A stretch of 64,000 nucleotides of DNA from Malacoraja senta. Lineage: Eukaryota. The position numbers and the translations under genes were made by a program. The notes under the pieces were generated by a model that saw only the letters and a program-made list of their open reading frames with translations, searched no databases and was not told where the DNA came from. This document shows positions 52,231 through 64,000 of the stretch, one piece after another (position 1 is the stretch's first letter; every line of letters begins with the position of its first letter). Where the stretch lies: positions 124,001 to 188,000 of the forward strand of contig JAXLNO010000259.1 in assembly GCA_038087875.1 (NCBI GenBank). Reading direction: 5' to 3'.

Positions 52231-55200
52231 CTTGTGTTTAAGAAAGAACTGCAGATGCTGGAAAATCGAAGGTACACAAAAATGCTGGAGAAACTCAGCG
52301 GATGCAGCAGCATCAATGGAGCGAAGGAAATAGGCAACGTTTCGGACCGAAACCCTTCTTCAGACTGATGGGGGTGGGGAGAAAAAGGAAAAAGGCGGAG
52401 GAGGAGCCCGAGGGGTGAGGGGTGGGACGAGACAGCCCGATGGCTGAGGAAGGGGAGGAGTCAGATTGGGCTAACAAAATAGGGATAATTCAATGTTCAT
52501 GCCCCAAGGATGCAGACACCCCAACGGAATATGAGGTGCTGTTCCTCCAATTTCCTGTGTTGCTCGCTCTGGCCATGGAGGAGACCTAGGACAGAGAGGT
52601 CGGATACGGAATGGGAGGGGGAGTTGAAGTGCTGAATCACCAGGAGGTCGGGTTGGTTATTGCGGACCGAGCGGAGGTGTTCGCCGCACCGGACCCATCC
52701 GACATCGCCGGCGCACTGGGCCCGTCGAACATCACAGCCGCACCCGGTCCTCCTAACATCGCCGTCGCACTGGGCCCGCCTAATATCGTCGTCGCACCGG
52801 GCCCACTGAACATCGCCGCCGGACCGGACCTACTCAACATGACCGCCGGACCGGGGCACCCCGAACATGGACGCCGCACCGCACCCTACTCATCTCGTCG
52901 CCTCACCGGTTTGGTCGAACCGCGCCGCCGCACTGACCATCCGCCCACCGGGACCTCCCATTCATCGCCCGCGGTCCCCGACTCTACTGCCCACGGACTC
53001 CTACCTTCGGGTCCGCCGACCCTCGCCACTGCACCTCCCTCCAGCAGCCCGCAGCCGTCGCCTCACCTGAAAACTGGACTCTGCACTGGGCCTGAAGCCT
53101 CCATGCTGCTAACGCCCACTCACCTGGGTTTGACTCCACTGGGTCCTACTGCTAGTCTGCCTAGACCTGGTAACCTCAGTGGCAGTTCCACTGAGTCTTC
53201 CCCATCCCTCTCTATCTACAGGACCCCTGCTCTTCCCCACCCACGCTACAGCCCTCTCACCCGTACTCTGACCAGCCACCACCCCCCCACCCACCACCCC
53301 CCACCACACATCGCCTCGTCCCCAGTCCACCCACCTGCCTTCCTACGGCCCAAATCTCCATCGCTGCCGGGTGTTCACCATCACCCCCCGACGTCCCCCT
53401 CTCCGACATCGACCGGTCTGTCCTCATCAGATGTCTTACCATTGTCCCCCTCCGTCCCCACCTCAATGAGTCCCGCGCCCACCATGATTTGGAACTCTTC
53501 TACCGCCGTCTCCGCCTCACAGAGTTCTTCCATGAGAAGGAGTCCTCGCACCGCATTCATGACCCATTTTCTCGTCTCCAACGCACCCCCTCCTCGTGGA
53601 ACCCCCTTCGTGGCCTTCCGGCTTTAGAATGCTTTATCAAAAACTGCCGCCGTGACATCAACCGCCTCAACTTCTCCACTCCCCTGTCTCACTCCAATCT
53701 CTCCCCCCCTGAACGTACTGCCATCGACTCACTCCGCAACAACCCAGATTGGGTTATCAAACCCGCCGACAAGGAGGTGCCGTGGTAGTCTGGCGCGTCG
53801 ATCTCTACAGAGCTGAGGCCACACGCTAACTGTCGGACACCTCCTCCTACTTACCCCTGGACCACGACCCCACTGACGAGCACCAAGCTACCATATCTAG
53901 CACCATCACCGACTTCATCAACTCCCACGCCCTGCCCGACCGAGCCTCCAACCGCAGCGTTCCCCAGCCACGCACGGCCCGATTTTACCTTCTCCCCAAA
54001 ATCCACAAACCTGTCTGTCCCGGTAGACCCATTGTCTCTCCCTGTTCGTGCCCCACCGAACTCATTTCCACCTACCTTGACTCCATCCTATCCCCCTTGG
54101 TTAAATCCCTCCCTACCTATGTTCAAGACACCTCAGACACTCCCCGTCGTCTCCGTGCATTCCATTCTCTAGGCCCTCACCCCCTCATCTTCAATATGGA
54201 CGTCCAGTCACTCGTCAACTCAATCCCCTACCAGGATGGTCTCGACCAGAGAAGCAACCTATAACCGGCCACTGACACCCTCCTCCGCCTAGCGGAGCTG
54301 GTCTTTACCCTCAATAACTTCTCGTTCGACTCCACCCATTTCTTCCAAATACAAGGCGTAGCTATGGGCACAGGCATGGGCCCCAGCTACGCCTGCCTCT
54401 TTGTCGGGTACATCGAGCAATCCTTGTTCAATACGTACCAGGGCCCCATCCGCGACCTCTACCTCCGCTACATCGACGACTGCTTTGGTGCCACCTCCTG
54501 CACCCACAAACAACTGACTGACTTCATCCACTTCACCACTAACTTCCATCCGGCACTCAAATACGCATGGACCATTTCCGACACTTCCCTACCATTCATT
54601 GAGCTCACTATCACCATCGCACGTGATAGACTTCTGACCGACATCCACTTTAAACCTACAGACTCCCATGGCTATCTGGACTACACTTATTCCCACCCTG
54701 CTTCCTGTAAGGACCCCAAATTCCTCCGTCTACGCCGTATCTGCTCCCAGGATGAGGCGTTCCAAACCAGGGCATCTGAAATGTCCTCATTCTTCAGGGA
54801 ACGGGGGTTCCCCTCCTCCACCACAGATGAGGCTCGCACCAGGGTCCCTTCCATACCCTGCAACACTGCTCTCTCTCCCCATTCCCCCACTCGCAACAAG
54901 GGCAGAGCCCCCTAGTCCTCACCTTTCACCCGACCAGCCGTCACATACAACAAGTAATCCTCCGTCAGTTTCGCCTCCTCCAACGTGACCCCACCACTCG
55001 CCACATCTACCCATCTCCCCCCATGTCTGCCTTCCGCAAAGACCGCTCCTTCCGTAACTCCCTTGTCAATTATTCCCTTCCCTCACGTACTACCCCCTCC
55101 CCGGGCACTTTCCCTTGCAACCGCAAGAGATGCAACACTTGTCCCTTCACCTCCCCCCTCGACTCCACTCAATGACCCAATCAGTCGTTCCAGTTGCGAC

Positions 55201-55721
55201 AGAGGTTCACCTGCATCTCCTCCAACCTCATCTGTTGCATCGGCTGCTCTAAATGTCAGCAGATCTACATCGGTGAGACCAAGCGGAGGCTTGGCGATCG
55301 TTTGGCCGAACACGTCCGCTCGGTCCGCAATAACCAACCTGACCTCCCGGTGGCTCAGCACTTCAACTCCCCCTCCCATTACGTATCCGACCTCTCAGTC
55401 GTGGGTCGCCTCCATGCCCAGAGCGAGCAACACCGGAAATTGGAGGAACAGCACATTATATTCCGCTTGGGATGTCTGCATCCTGGGGGCATGAACATTC
55501 AATTATCCCAATTTTGTTAACCCATGCTGGCTCATCCCCTTCCTCAGCCCTCGGGATGTCTCCTCCCATCGCTCAGCCCTCGGGCCCGTCCTCCGCCTTT
55601 TTCCTTTCTTCTTCCCACCCCCTTCAGTCTGAAGAAGGATTTAGGCCCTAAACGTTGCTATTTCTTTCGCTCCGTAGATGCTGCTGCACCCACTGAGTTT
55701 GTCCAGCATTTTTGTGTACCT
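52231..55721 (+). mobile_element. Penelope-like element (RT plus GIY-YIG) with an inverted 5' segment
   Basis: IKPADK, MGTGMGPSYACLF, YLRYIDD and YIGETKRRL..EH motifs; 52270-52686 is an inverted copy of the 3' end; TSD TCACTAATTCT at 52220-52230 and 55722-55732. Confidence 0.92.
52336..52363 (-). ncRNA. Minimal type I hammerhead-ribozyme-like motif in the Penelope pLTR
   Basis: CUGAAGA-AGGGUUUCGGUCC-GAAACGUU on the minus strand. Confidence 0.6.
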
Positions 55722-56919
55722 TCACTAATTCTGTTGTTCGATCTAATTAGGACATCATCCAGTTAAGCAATCAACATCTGTTCTTCGACTAATTACCCCC
55801 AAACATTGGTTTTACCAATTTAGTTAAATTCTAGGAACTGAAGTTAACCCATTAGACAGAACGTTGAATTCCATCATTATTTCATTCAGATACATTTCAA
55901 ATATTTGTTATCTTACAATTGAACAGACACTGAGTAACATACATCTTTCAGATCTGTTGGTGCCATATAACATCTTATGAAGTAAGTTGTTTGGCAGTCT
56001 CAAAGTCTCCATCTTGAAGTGGCTATACTTCACAAACTTTTAAAGACTCGTCAGATCTAAAATACTCCTCACCTTTTTAGGTCGAGAAAATTTAAAGACA
56101 ATTTGGTGGTTTTGATAAACCAACCTTTCAATTACTTGTTTATAGACAAGTTTTCAAATCCAGCTTGAACCTCCATCACTTCTTTTAGTGAAATTGGAGT
56201 GTTCTGCTGGGAACATGCTGGATGGAAAATCACAATTTGGTTCGAATCAATTCGAGACCTTTGAATAATACTCAGAATAACGAATCTGAAGTAAGTTGCT
56301 TCCAGTATTTGGCTGCTTTTGCCTTAAGATGTCCCCATGAGAACCAGGTCCACATACCTCCTTTGTCACCTGAGTGACCTGTGGTCCCTGGCTCCTGGCA
56401 GGAAAACCCACGCTTTTTCGTGTTCCAGCTGCAGGACACCAACTGCGCCCCTGCTTCAATGGTCGACTTGTTCCTGGTGTAGGCCCAGGATTTTGCATGA
56501 TGTCTGAAAGGATAACCCCTCTTCACAGACTTGCCGACCATTGATGTGTTGATCAAGCTTGCTGTTTTTGCCTCATCATCCAATTCTTTCCCACATTTCG
56601 TGAGGTTTTTTCTCTGCAGAGTAAGTTGAGTGACTGCACATTGCTGGGCTTTACAGAGTTGCTGCAACTTGGGGTTGATGGTGGGCCGAATGGCATACTT
56701 CCTGAAACAATTCATCTCGAAGTGGGCGCTACATAGCAACCCTAGTGCCACTTGATGCATCTCCATCCCTGGCCTCCACTATTGTTCTTGCAAAAATGCA
56801 GTTGTTCATCAACCCAGCAGCTTCAAAATTCTCTGCAGTTTACTTTTCTTAGCTTCACATGCCCTCGCCCATCTGACCCCTTATATCTTGGTTCACTGCT
56901 GGTACTTTCAGCAATACGC

Positions 56920-57132
56920 AGTTCCGGGGCAGTGGAGGCCAAATCACTGGATGGATTTAAGAGAGAGTTAGATAGATGTCTAGGGGCTAGTGGAGTCTAG
57001 GGGTATGAGGAGAAGGCAGGCAAGGGTTATTAATAGGGGACGATCATCCATGATCACAATGAATGGTGGTGCAGGATCGAAGGGTCGAATGGCCTCCTCC
57101 TGCACCTATTTTTTACGTTTCTATGTTTCTAT
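56920..57132 (+). mobile_element. CR1 3' end
   Basis: CR1 3' UTR and (TATGTTTC)-type tail. Confidence 0.8.
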
Positions 57133-57397
57133 CTGTAACGCAGCGGTAAGCAGACTTGCTTATTCGGAGCCCTTACGATATTTGTGTGTGTGTGTGTGTG
57201 TCACCGAGGGAGTAATCTGTTACCTTGACTCTGTGCCGACAGCTTGCACAACGGCAAGAATTAAATTAATAAACCCTCCGTACATTGATGCCCAATGCAA
57301 TTCATTTGTTTAGTCCTGTTTCACGTTGACGGCCGGCGCAGGATAATGTTTGAAATAAATGTTCTTCTGCACACACTAATGCACTGAGCACCACATA

Positions 57398-57688
57398 GCG
57401 GCACGGTGGCGCTTCGGTAGAGTCGCTGCCTCACAGTGCCAGAGAGCCGGAATCGATCCCGACTACGGGTAGCTGTCTGTACGGAGTTTGCACGTTCTTC
57501 CTGTGACCTGCATGGGCTTTATCCGTGTGCCTCGGGTTCCTCCAACACACTCCAAAGACGTACAGGTTTGCAGGTTAATTGGCTTGGTTGAAATGTAAAT
57601 TGTCACTAGTGTGTTTAGGATAGTATTATTGTGCGGGGATCGCTGAACGGTACAGACTCGGTGGGCCGAAGGGCCCGTTTCCGCGCTG
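57398..57688 (+). mobile_element. tRNA-derived SINE (HE1/V-SINE-like)
   Basis: A box TGGCGCTTCGGT and B-box-like GGAATCGATCC; V-domain-like ggagtttgcacgttcttcc..gacct; CR1-like 3' tail gggccgaagggcc.gtttcc. Confidence 0.8.
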
Positions 57689-57796
57689 GGTAAGATGGAT
57701 CCCTACAGGTCAAAATCAGGTTTCCACATCTTTGATGGAACGGGCATGGTCATTTTCTGACAGCAGTGATTTAGTATAGTTTAGAGATACCGTCTC

Positions 57797-58548
57797 TAGA
57801 GGTTAGCAGTGAAGAAAGCTAATGGAATGTTGGACTTCATAACTAGAGGATTTGAGTACAGGAGTACAGAGGTTATTCTGCAGTTGTATTGGCTCTGGTA
57901 AGACCACATCTGGAATATTGCGTACAGTTTTGGTTTCCAAATTTGAGGAAGGACAACCTTGTGATTGAAGCAGTGCAGCGTTGATCCCTGGGATGGCAGG
58001 ACTGTCATATGAGGAAAGATTGAAAAGACTAGGCTTATATTCACTGGAGTTTAGAAGGATGAGGGGATATATTATAGACATTTATCAAATTATAAAAGGA
58101 CTGGACAATCTAGACGCAGAAAAAATGTTCCCAATATTGGGCGAGTCCAGAACCAGGGGCTACAGTCTTAGAATAAACGGGCGGCCATTTAAGACTGAGG
58201 TGAGAAAAAACGTTTTCACCCAGAGAGTTGTGAATTTCTGGAATTACCTGCCACAGTTGGCAGTGGAGGCCAAATCGCTGGATGGATTTAAGAGAGAGTT
58301 AGATAGACCGCTAGGGGCTAGTGGAATTAAGGGACATGGGCAGAAGGCGGGCACGGGTCTGAGGAAGGGTTTCGGCCCGAAACGTTGCCTATTTCCTTCA
58401 CTCCATAGATGCTGCTGCACCCGCTGAGTTTCTCCAGCATTTTTGTGTACCCACGGGTTATTGATTGGGGATGGTCAGCCATGATCACAATGAATGGCGG
58501 TGCTGGCTCGAAGGGCCGAATGACCTCCTCCTGCACCTATTTTCTAGA
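57797..58548 (+). mobile_element. CR1 3' fragment containing a 93-bp Penelope-derived insertion
   Basis: RT C-terminus; insert at 58359-58451 flanked by CACGGGT on both sides. Confidence 0.82.
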
Positions 58549-59729
58549 TAGAATAATGTCAAGATGTCCTAATATTATGTTTGATTTCTTGTTGAAACAA
58601 GAAATCTATTATGACTAATGAAATGATTAATAACCATGTGGTAGATAGTAATAACAGAAAAACATAGCTAAGGACGAAGTATATTTTCGTATAATTGTGT
58701 GTAACAGAAAAAAAATTGTTTATTGCACTGTTATATATTGGCTAATTCTGATGCAAAGACAGATAACTGGTGAGCAGTCAACTGCCGCCATCTCTCCATG
58801 ATATCATGTAATCATATATCTTGAAACGAAACTCGATCTCTCATTTTTTCCTTTAATTCAATTTCCTCAACACCCTCTACAACGTTCCTATCCATGTATC
58901 TGTCCGAGTGTATTTGAAATGTTGTTCTTCTACTTCTCTCTATTTCTTGTCTTGATAGCTGGATTAATGTACTCGCCACTCTCCGTGTTATCAGGTTACC
59001 GCTCAGATTTTTATTGTATTTTCCTCTCACTTTCTGACCACCAATCCTTGATTTCCCAATCGTGAGTAAACAAAACTGTGCCGTTACTTCATGATTGTTT
59101 TCTCTATCATCAATCTTCAATATTTTACGCCATCTGCAAATCCACCAATCATACGTATTCTATCAAAAGCTATCTGAATGTGAATTATAAACTCCAAATC
59201 ATTTCCTAGCCCGACGGTGAGCATTACCCCAAGTACGGTATCGCGCCATTTTGTAAATGGCAAAATAACGTCCGAATTTCAGGGAACACTTGCCGCTGAA
59301 TAATGAAGCCCAGCGTGCTAACAGCCTCCTCCAACACCTGCGATGCCGTTCCAAGATTGTTTCCGATCATGATCTTCCAAAACCTCTATAAAGTTCACCC
59401 CTATCTTCCTGCGCTCCATGGACGCAGACCCAAACTACTCAACCTCTTCCTTTTCCTCACACCTGGCAACATCCTCGTAAATCTTCTCCGAACACTTTCA
59501 AGCTTCACAGTATGTTCCTATAACTGGTGCCCTGAACTGCACACAATCTTCTAAATGCGGTCTCATTTAGACGAGCCAGACAGCATTTATTTTGTCAAGA
59601 GCAGAGAGGACCGTGCAGGATTTACAGACGTCTAGTAAATTGTATTTAAAAACATTGAACTCGAGCGGGCATGGATTTAATTCGAACTTCCTGAAGTTTA
59701 GAGGAATGCGGGAAGTGTGTTATATTCAA

Positions 59730-60060
59730 GGAGTCATAGAGTGATACAGTGTGGAAAATGGATCCTCGGCCCAATTTATCCACACCGGCCAACAATGTCC
59801 CAGCTACACTAGTCCCACTTGCCTGTGCTTGGACCATATCCCAACAAACCTGTCTTATTCATGTACCCGTCTAACTGTTTATTTTAAGATGGGATTGTCC
59901 CAGCTTCAACTACCTCTTCTTGCAGTTGTTCCGTTCACCCAACACCCTTGGTGTGAAAAAGTTACCCCTCGGATTCCTATTAAATCTTATCCGGTTCACT
60001 TTGAACCTATGACCTCTGATTCTCGATTAACCTATTCTGGGCAAAAGACTGTGCATCTAC
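59730..60060 (-). mobile_element. Old CR1 3' end
   Basis: Degenerate 3' UTR and RT C-terminus. Confidence 0.55.
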
Positions 60061-60584
60061 ACGATCTATTTTTCCTGCAGCCCTTCTTGAAAAGAGGTAT
60101 AACATGTGCCATCATCCAGTCTTCCGCCAGTATCCAGTATTCAAGAACGACGTAAATTTCGAGCAGGGTACCCGCAATGTCCTCTCTAGTTTCCCACAAT
60201 ATCATTGGATGTATCTGGGGCGTCTGAAGGTGTGGTGGACGCAAACATTCTTACAACATTTAGAACCTATCTACAGGATCACTGGAATACCAGACCTGTA
60301 GAAAGCTATTGACCAGGTGATGTTATTATAATGAGAAAGGGTAAATACTTGAACGTCGCTTTACAGATGATAAGCCAAAGCGTATACTTCAGTGTTGTTG
60401 AACTCCATGTTTATCTCTGACCCTGTCGTTTAAAGTAATCTCAATGGCGATCCAAATAAAGTTTGGTAACACATGGAGAATGATGGACTTTCGTGCAATG
60501 TGAATTAAGTCGTATAATTTAATACCTGATTATGAATTGTAAATAGCTCAGAAATTCGTGTTAACGAGATAACCTAAGAGTCCT

Positions 60585-60920
60585 GAACACAGTGCAAGAA
60601 TCACACGTACAATAATACCGTGGGGAAGAAGACGTGCCTGGAAATTTGACACCCTGACTCTCTCACAGTTTCGCGTCAGTTTCACACTTCAATCTTGGGT
60701 TGGCTCCGACAGGTTATTCTTGCTGCCAACTTAACGAAGCTTCTGAACCAATGTAGAATGTTCAGACTAACCGGCGCCTCCTGGATCAAATCAATCCCGA
60801 CGTCTCACCCCACACGCACTGGCACCAAACCATGTCCATAATAATTGCAGCAACTTATTCAATGGTATTTATAAACTGCTCCAACAGCGTGGCTACCCTC
60901 AGCAAGGGAAAGCGAAGACG
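60585..60920 (+). promoter_or_regulatory. Promoter of defensin-like copy 4
   Basis: Diverged inverted homolog of the copy 1/3 promoter (cagtgcaagaatcacacg, cgtcagttt, gaaccaatg.agaatgttcagact). CCAAT at 60748-60752; TATTTATAAA at about 60865-60874. Confidence 0.6.
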
Positions 60921-61002
60921 ATGATACGCAATATTTTAATTACTTTTGGAATACTGTTGCTGATTCAATTGGTCGCAGGTGGGATTCGTATCCATCATCC
61001 AG
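60921..61002 (+). CDS. Beta-defensin-like copy 4, exon 1 (MIRNILITFGILLLIQLVAG[GIRIHHP]); downstream exon not found in the window
   Basis: ATG follows agcaagggaaa as in copies 1 and 3, with a hydrophobic signal peptide. Two phase-1 donors: GCAG|gtggga (after 60978, 58 nt) and CCAG|gttagc (after 61002, 82 nt). Confidence 0.75.
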
Positions 61003-61513
61003 GTTAGCCGACGTTCATCAGTTTGTGTTTATTTTCAAATCCACAGTTTGCAGCGGGAATAGAGATATGATTTAACCTGCTAACGCCGCCATTGCTGAGG
61101 TTCAATGGCGCTGGGTAGAATATTGTGAGATAATTGTCGATACCTTCCTGTACAGTATTTCCCGATTGCATTGAGCCCAACCACATGCCATAGGAGATCC
61201 AGTATTTTCGTGGGTCAAAATAATCTCACAGAATTTTAAGTAGGTCCCACTTTTTACTGACATGCATACCAAACGTTCAGAATCCCAATCCAGGCTGCCT
61301 CCCGCGAAGTGCCATGTACGAGGCTGAGTTCGGGACATCGTGTACACAATTTTAGCGAAACCTCCTCTTCACTGGACGACAAAGGTAAATGGTGAATAAG
61401 GAATCGGATTGATGTGGAGAGTGCTACACAAAAATACGGGAGAAAAATCAGCGGGTGAGGCAGCATCTAAGGAGCGAAGGAAATATGCGATGTTTCGGTT
61501 CGAGACCCTTCTT

Positions 61514-64000
61514 AGAAACATAGACACATAGAAAATAGGTGCAGGAGTAGGGCATTCGGCCCTTCGAGCCTGCACCGCCATTCAATATGATCATGGCTGA
61601 TCATCCAACGCAGTATCCCGTACATGCCTTCTCTCGATACCCCCTGATCCCCTTAGCCACATCGGTCACATCTAACTCACTCTTAAATATAGGCAATGAA
61701 CTGACCTCAACTACCTTCTGTGGCAGAGAATTCCACAGATTCACCACTCTCTGTGTGAAAAATGATTTTCTCATCTCGGTACTAAAATACTTCCCCCTTA
61801 TCCTTAAACAGTGACCCCCTTGTTCTGGACTTCCCCAACTTCGGAAACAATCTTCCTGCATCTAGCCTGTCCAACCCCTTAAGAATCTTGTAAGTTTCTA
61901 TAAGATACCCCCTCAATCTTCTAAATTCTAGCGAGTACCAGCCGAGTCTATCCAGTCTTTCTTCATACGAAAGTCCTGCCATCCCAGGAATCAGTCTGGT
62001 GAACCTTCTGTGTACTCCCTCTATGGCAATAATGTATTTCCTCAGATTTGGTGACCAAAACTGTACGCAATACTCTAGGGGTGGCCTCACCATGACCCTG
62101 TACAACTGCAGTAGAACCTCCCTGCTCTTATACTCAAATCCTTTCGCTATGATTGCTAACATACCATTCGCTTTCTTCACTTCCTGCTGCACCTGCATGC
62201 CTACTTTTAATAACTGGTGTACCATGTCACCCAGATCTCGTTGCATCTCCCCTTTTCCTAATCGGCCACCATTCAGATAATAGTCTACTTTCCTGTTTTT
62301 GCCACCAAAGTGGATAACCTCACATTTATCCATATTATACTGCATCTGCCATGCATTTGCCCACTCACCAACCTATCCAAGTCACCTTGCAGCCTCCTAG
62401 CAACCTCCTCACAGCTAACACTGCCCCCAATCTTCGTGTCATCCGCAAACTTGGAGATGTTGCATTCAATTCCCTCATCCAGTTCATTAATAACCATTGT
62501 AAATAGCTGGGTTCCCAGCACTGAGCCTTGCGGTACCCCAATAGTCACTGCCTGCCATTCTGAAAAGGACACGTTTACTCCTACTCTTTGCTTCCTGTCT
62601 GCCAGCCAGTTCTCTATCCACATCAATACTGAAACCCCAATCACGTGTGCTTTAAATTTGCATACTAATCTCTTATGTGGGACATTGTCGAAAGCCTTCT
62701 GAAAGTCCAGATTTAACACATCCACTGGTTCTCCCTTATCCACTCTACCAGTTACATCCTCGAAAAATTATATAAGATTCGTCAGACATGATTTACCTTT
62801 CATAAATCCATGCTGACTTTGTCCAATGATTTCACCACTTTCCAAATGTGCTGCTATCCCATCTTTAATAACTGACTAGCATTTTCCCCACTACCGATGT
62901 TAGACGAACTGGTCTGTAATTCCCTGCATTCTCTCTACCTCCCTTTTTTTAAAGTGGGGTTACATTAGCTACCCTCCAATCCTCAGGAACCTCTCCAGAA
63001 TCTAAAGAGTTATGAAAAATTATCACTAATGCATCCACTATTTCTGGGGATACTTCTGGGGGTACTCTGGAATGCAGCCTGTCTGGCCCTGTGGATTTAT
63101 CGGCATTTAAGCCATTCAATTTACCTAACACCACTTCCCGGCTAACCTGTATTTCACTCAGTTCCTCCATCTCATTTGACCCCCGGTCCGCTGCTATTTC
63201 CGGCAGATTATTTATGTCTTCCTTAGTGAAGACAGAACCAAAGCAGTTATTCAATTGGTCTGTCATATCCTTGTTCCCCATGATCAATTCACCAGTTACT
63301 GTCTGCAAGGGACCTACATTTGTTTTAATTAATATTTTTCTCTTCAAATATCTATAAAAACGTTTGCATCAGTTTTTATGTTCACTGCCAGTTTTGTTTA
63401 CATAATTAATTTTCCCTTTCCTAATTAAGCCCTTTGTCCCCCTCTGCTGGACTCTGAATTTCTCCCAGTCCTCTGGTAGGCTGCTTGTTCTGGCTAATTT
63501 GTATGCTTCATCTTTTGTTTTGATACAATCCCTGATTTTCCTTGTTATCCACGGATGCGCTACCTTCCCTGATATATTATTTTGCCAAACTGGGATGAAC
63601 AATTGTTGTAGTTCATCCATGCAGTCTTTAAATGCCTTCCATTGCATATCCACTGTCAAGCCTTTAAGAATCACTTGCCAGTCTATCTTGGCCAATTCAC
63701 GTCATACCCTCAAAGTTACTCATCTTTAAATTCAGAACGCTTGTTTCTGAATTAACAATTTCACTCTCCATCCTTATGAAGAACTCAACCATATTATGGT
63801 CACTCTTGCCCAAGGGGCCACGCACAACAAAACTGCTAACCAAACCTTCCTCATTACTCAATACCCAGTCTAGAATAGCCTGTTCTCTCGTTGGATCCTC
63901 TACATGTTTGTTAAGAAAACTATCCCGCATACATTCCATGAAATCCTGTTCCTCAGCACCCCTGCCAATTTGATTCCCCCAATCTATATGTGGATTGAAA
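61514..64000 (-). mobile_element. CR1 (EN/RT) in the intron of defensin copy 4, running off the window
   Basis: RT ORFs at 61782-62743 and EN at 63697-63939; tail at 61514-61535. Confidence 0.9.

Larger units (their letters stand above)
49507..56915 (-). mobile_element. Second DIRS1-like element, decayed, interrupted by Penelope
   Basis: Terminus and ICR (49507-49850) resemble 42467-42790. RNase H-like TDVSALG..INNTTAMACINRMGG..YLPGRFNIVAD; gag-like region at 56270-56770. Right boundary uncertain. Confidence 0.78.

Noticed and set aside
52611..53627. 338-aa Pro-rich ORF as a host gene
   Set aside because: It lies inside the Penelope element, spans its inversion junction and is low-complexity.
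57398..57470. tRNA gene
   Set aside because: It is the tRNA-derived head of a SINE and continues into a SINE body and LINE-like tail.
61156..61193. Mature-peptide exon of copy 4 after tgtacag
   Set aside because: It reads xFPDCIEPNHMP* with one Cys and aligns with the candidate middle-exon region, not the six-Cys exon.

Overview
Eukaryotic (vertebrate) genomic DNA, probably from a cartilaginous fish, most likely a skate or ray. That assignment is inferred from the HE1/V-SINE-like element, the abundant CR1 LINEs with (ATGGTTAT)n or (GAAACATA)n tails, and the Penelope-derived repeats. Most of the window is nested retroelements: many CR1 copies (one with an uninterrupted 921-codon ORF2), L1, Rex1/Babar, a Gypsy remnant, a solo LTR, two DIRS elements and a Penelope element with hammerhead-like motifs. 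Between them, and absent from the ORF track as coherent proteins, is a tandemly duplicated cluster of four small spliced genes that look like beta-defensins. Each has a signal-peptide exon, a phase-1 intron and a 113-nt exon for a cationic peptide of the form C-x6-C-x3-C-x11-C-x5-CC, for example (A)RKCKLRGAYCRPLCTYQQEIKLHLRCSIDNKCCKPR*, followed by AATAAA. Three copies are on the minus strand and each has a different lesion. A fourth, more divergent copy starts on the plus strand near 60.9 kb and its peptide exon is not in the window. All alignments were done by eye, TE boundaries are approximate, and no database searches were run.
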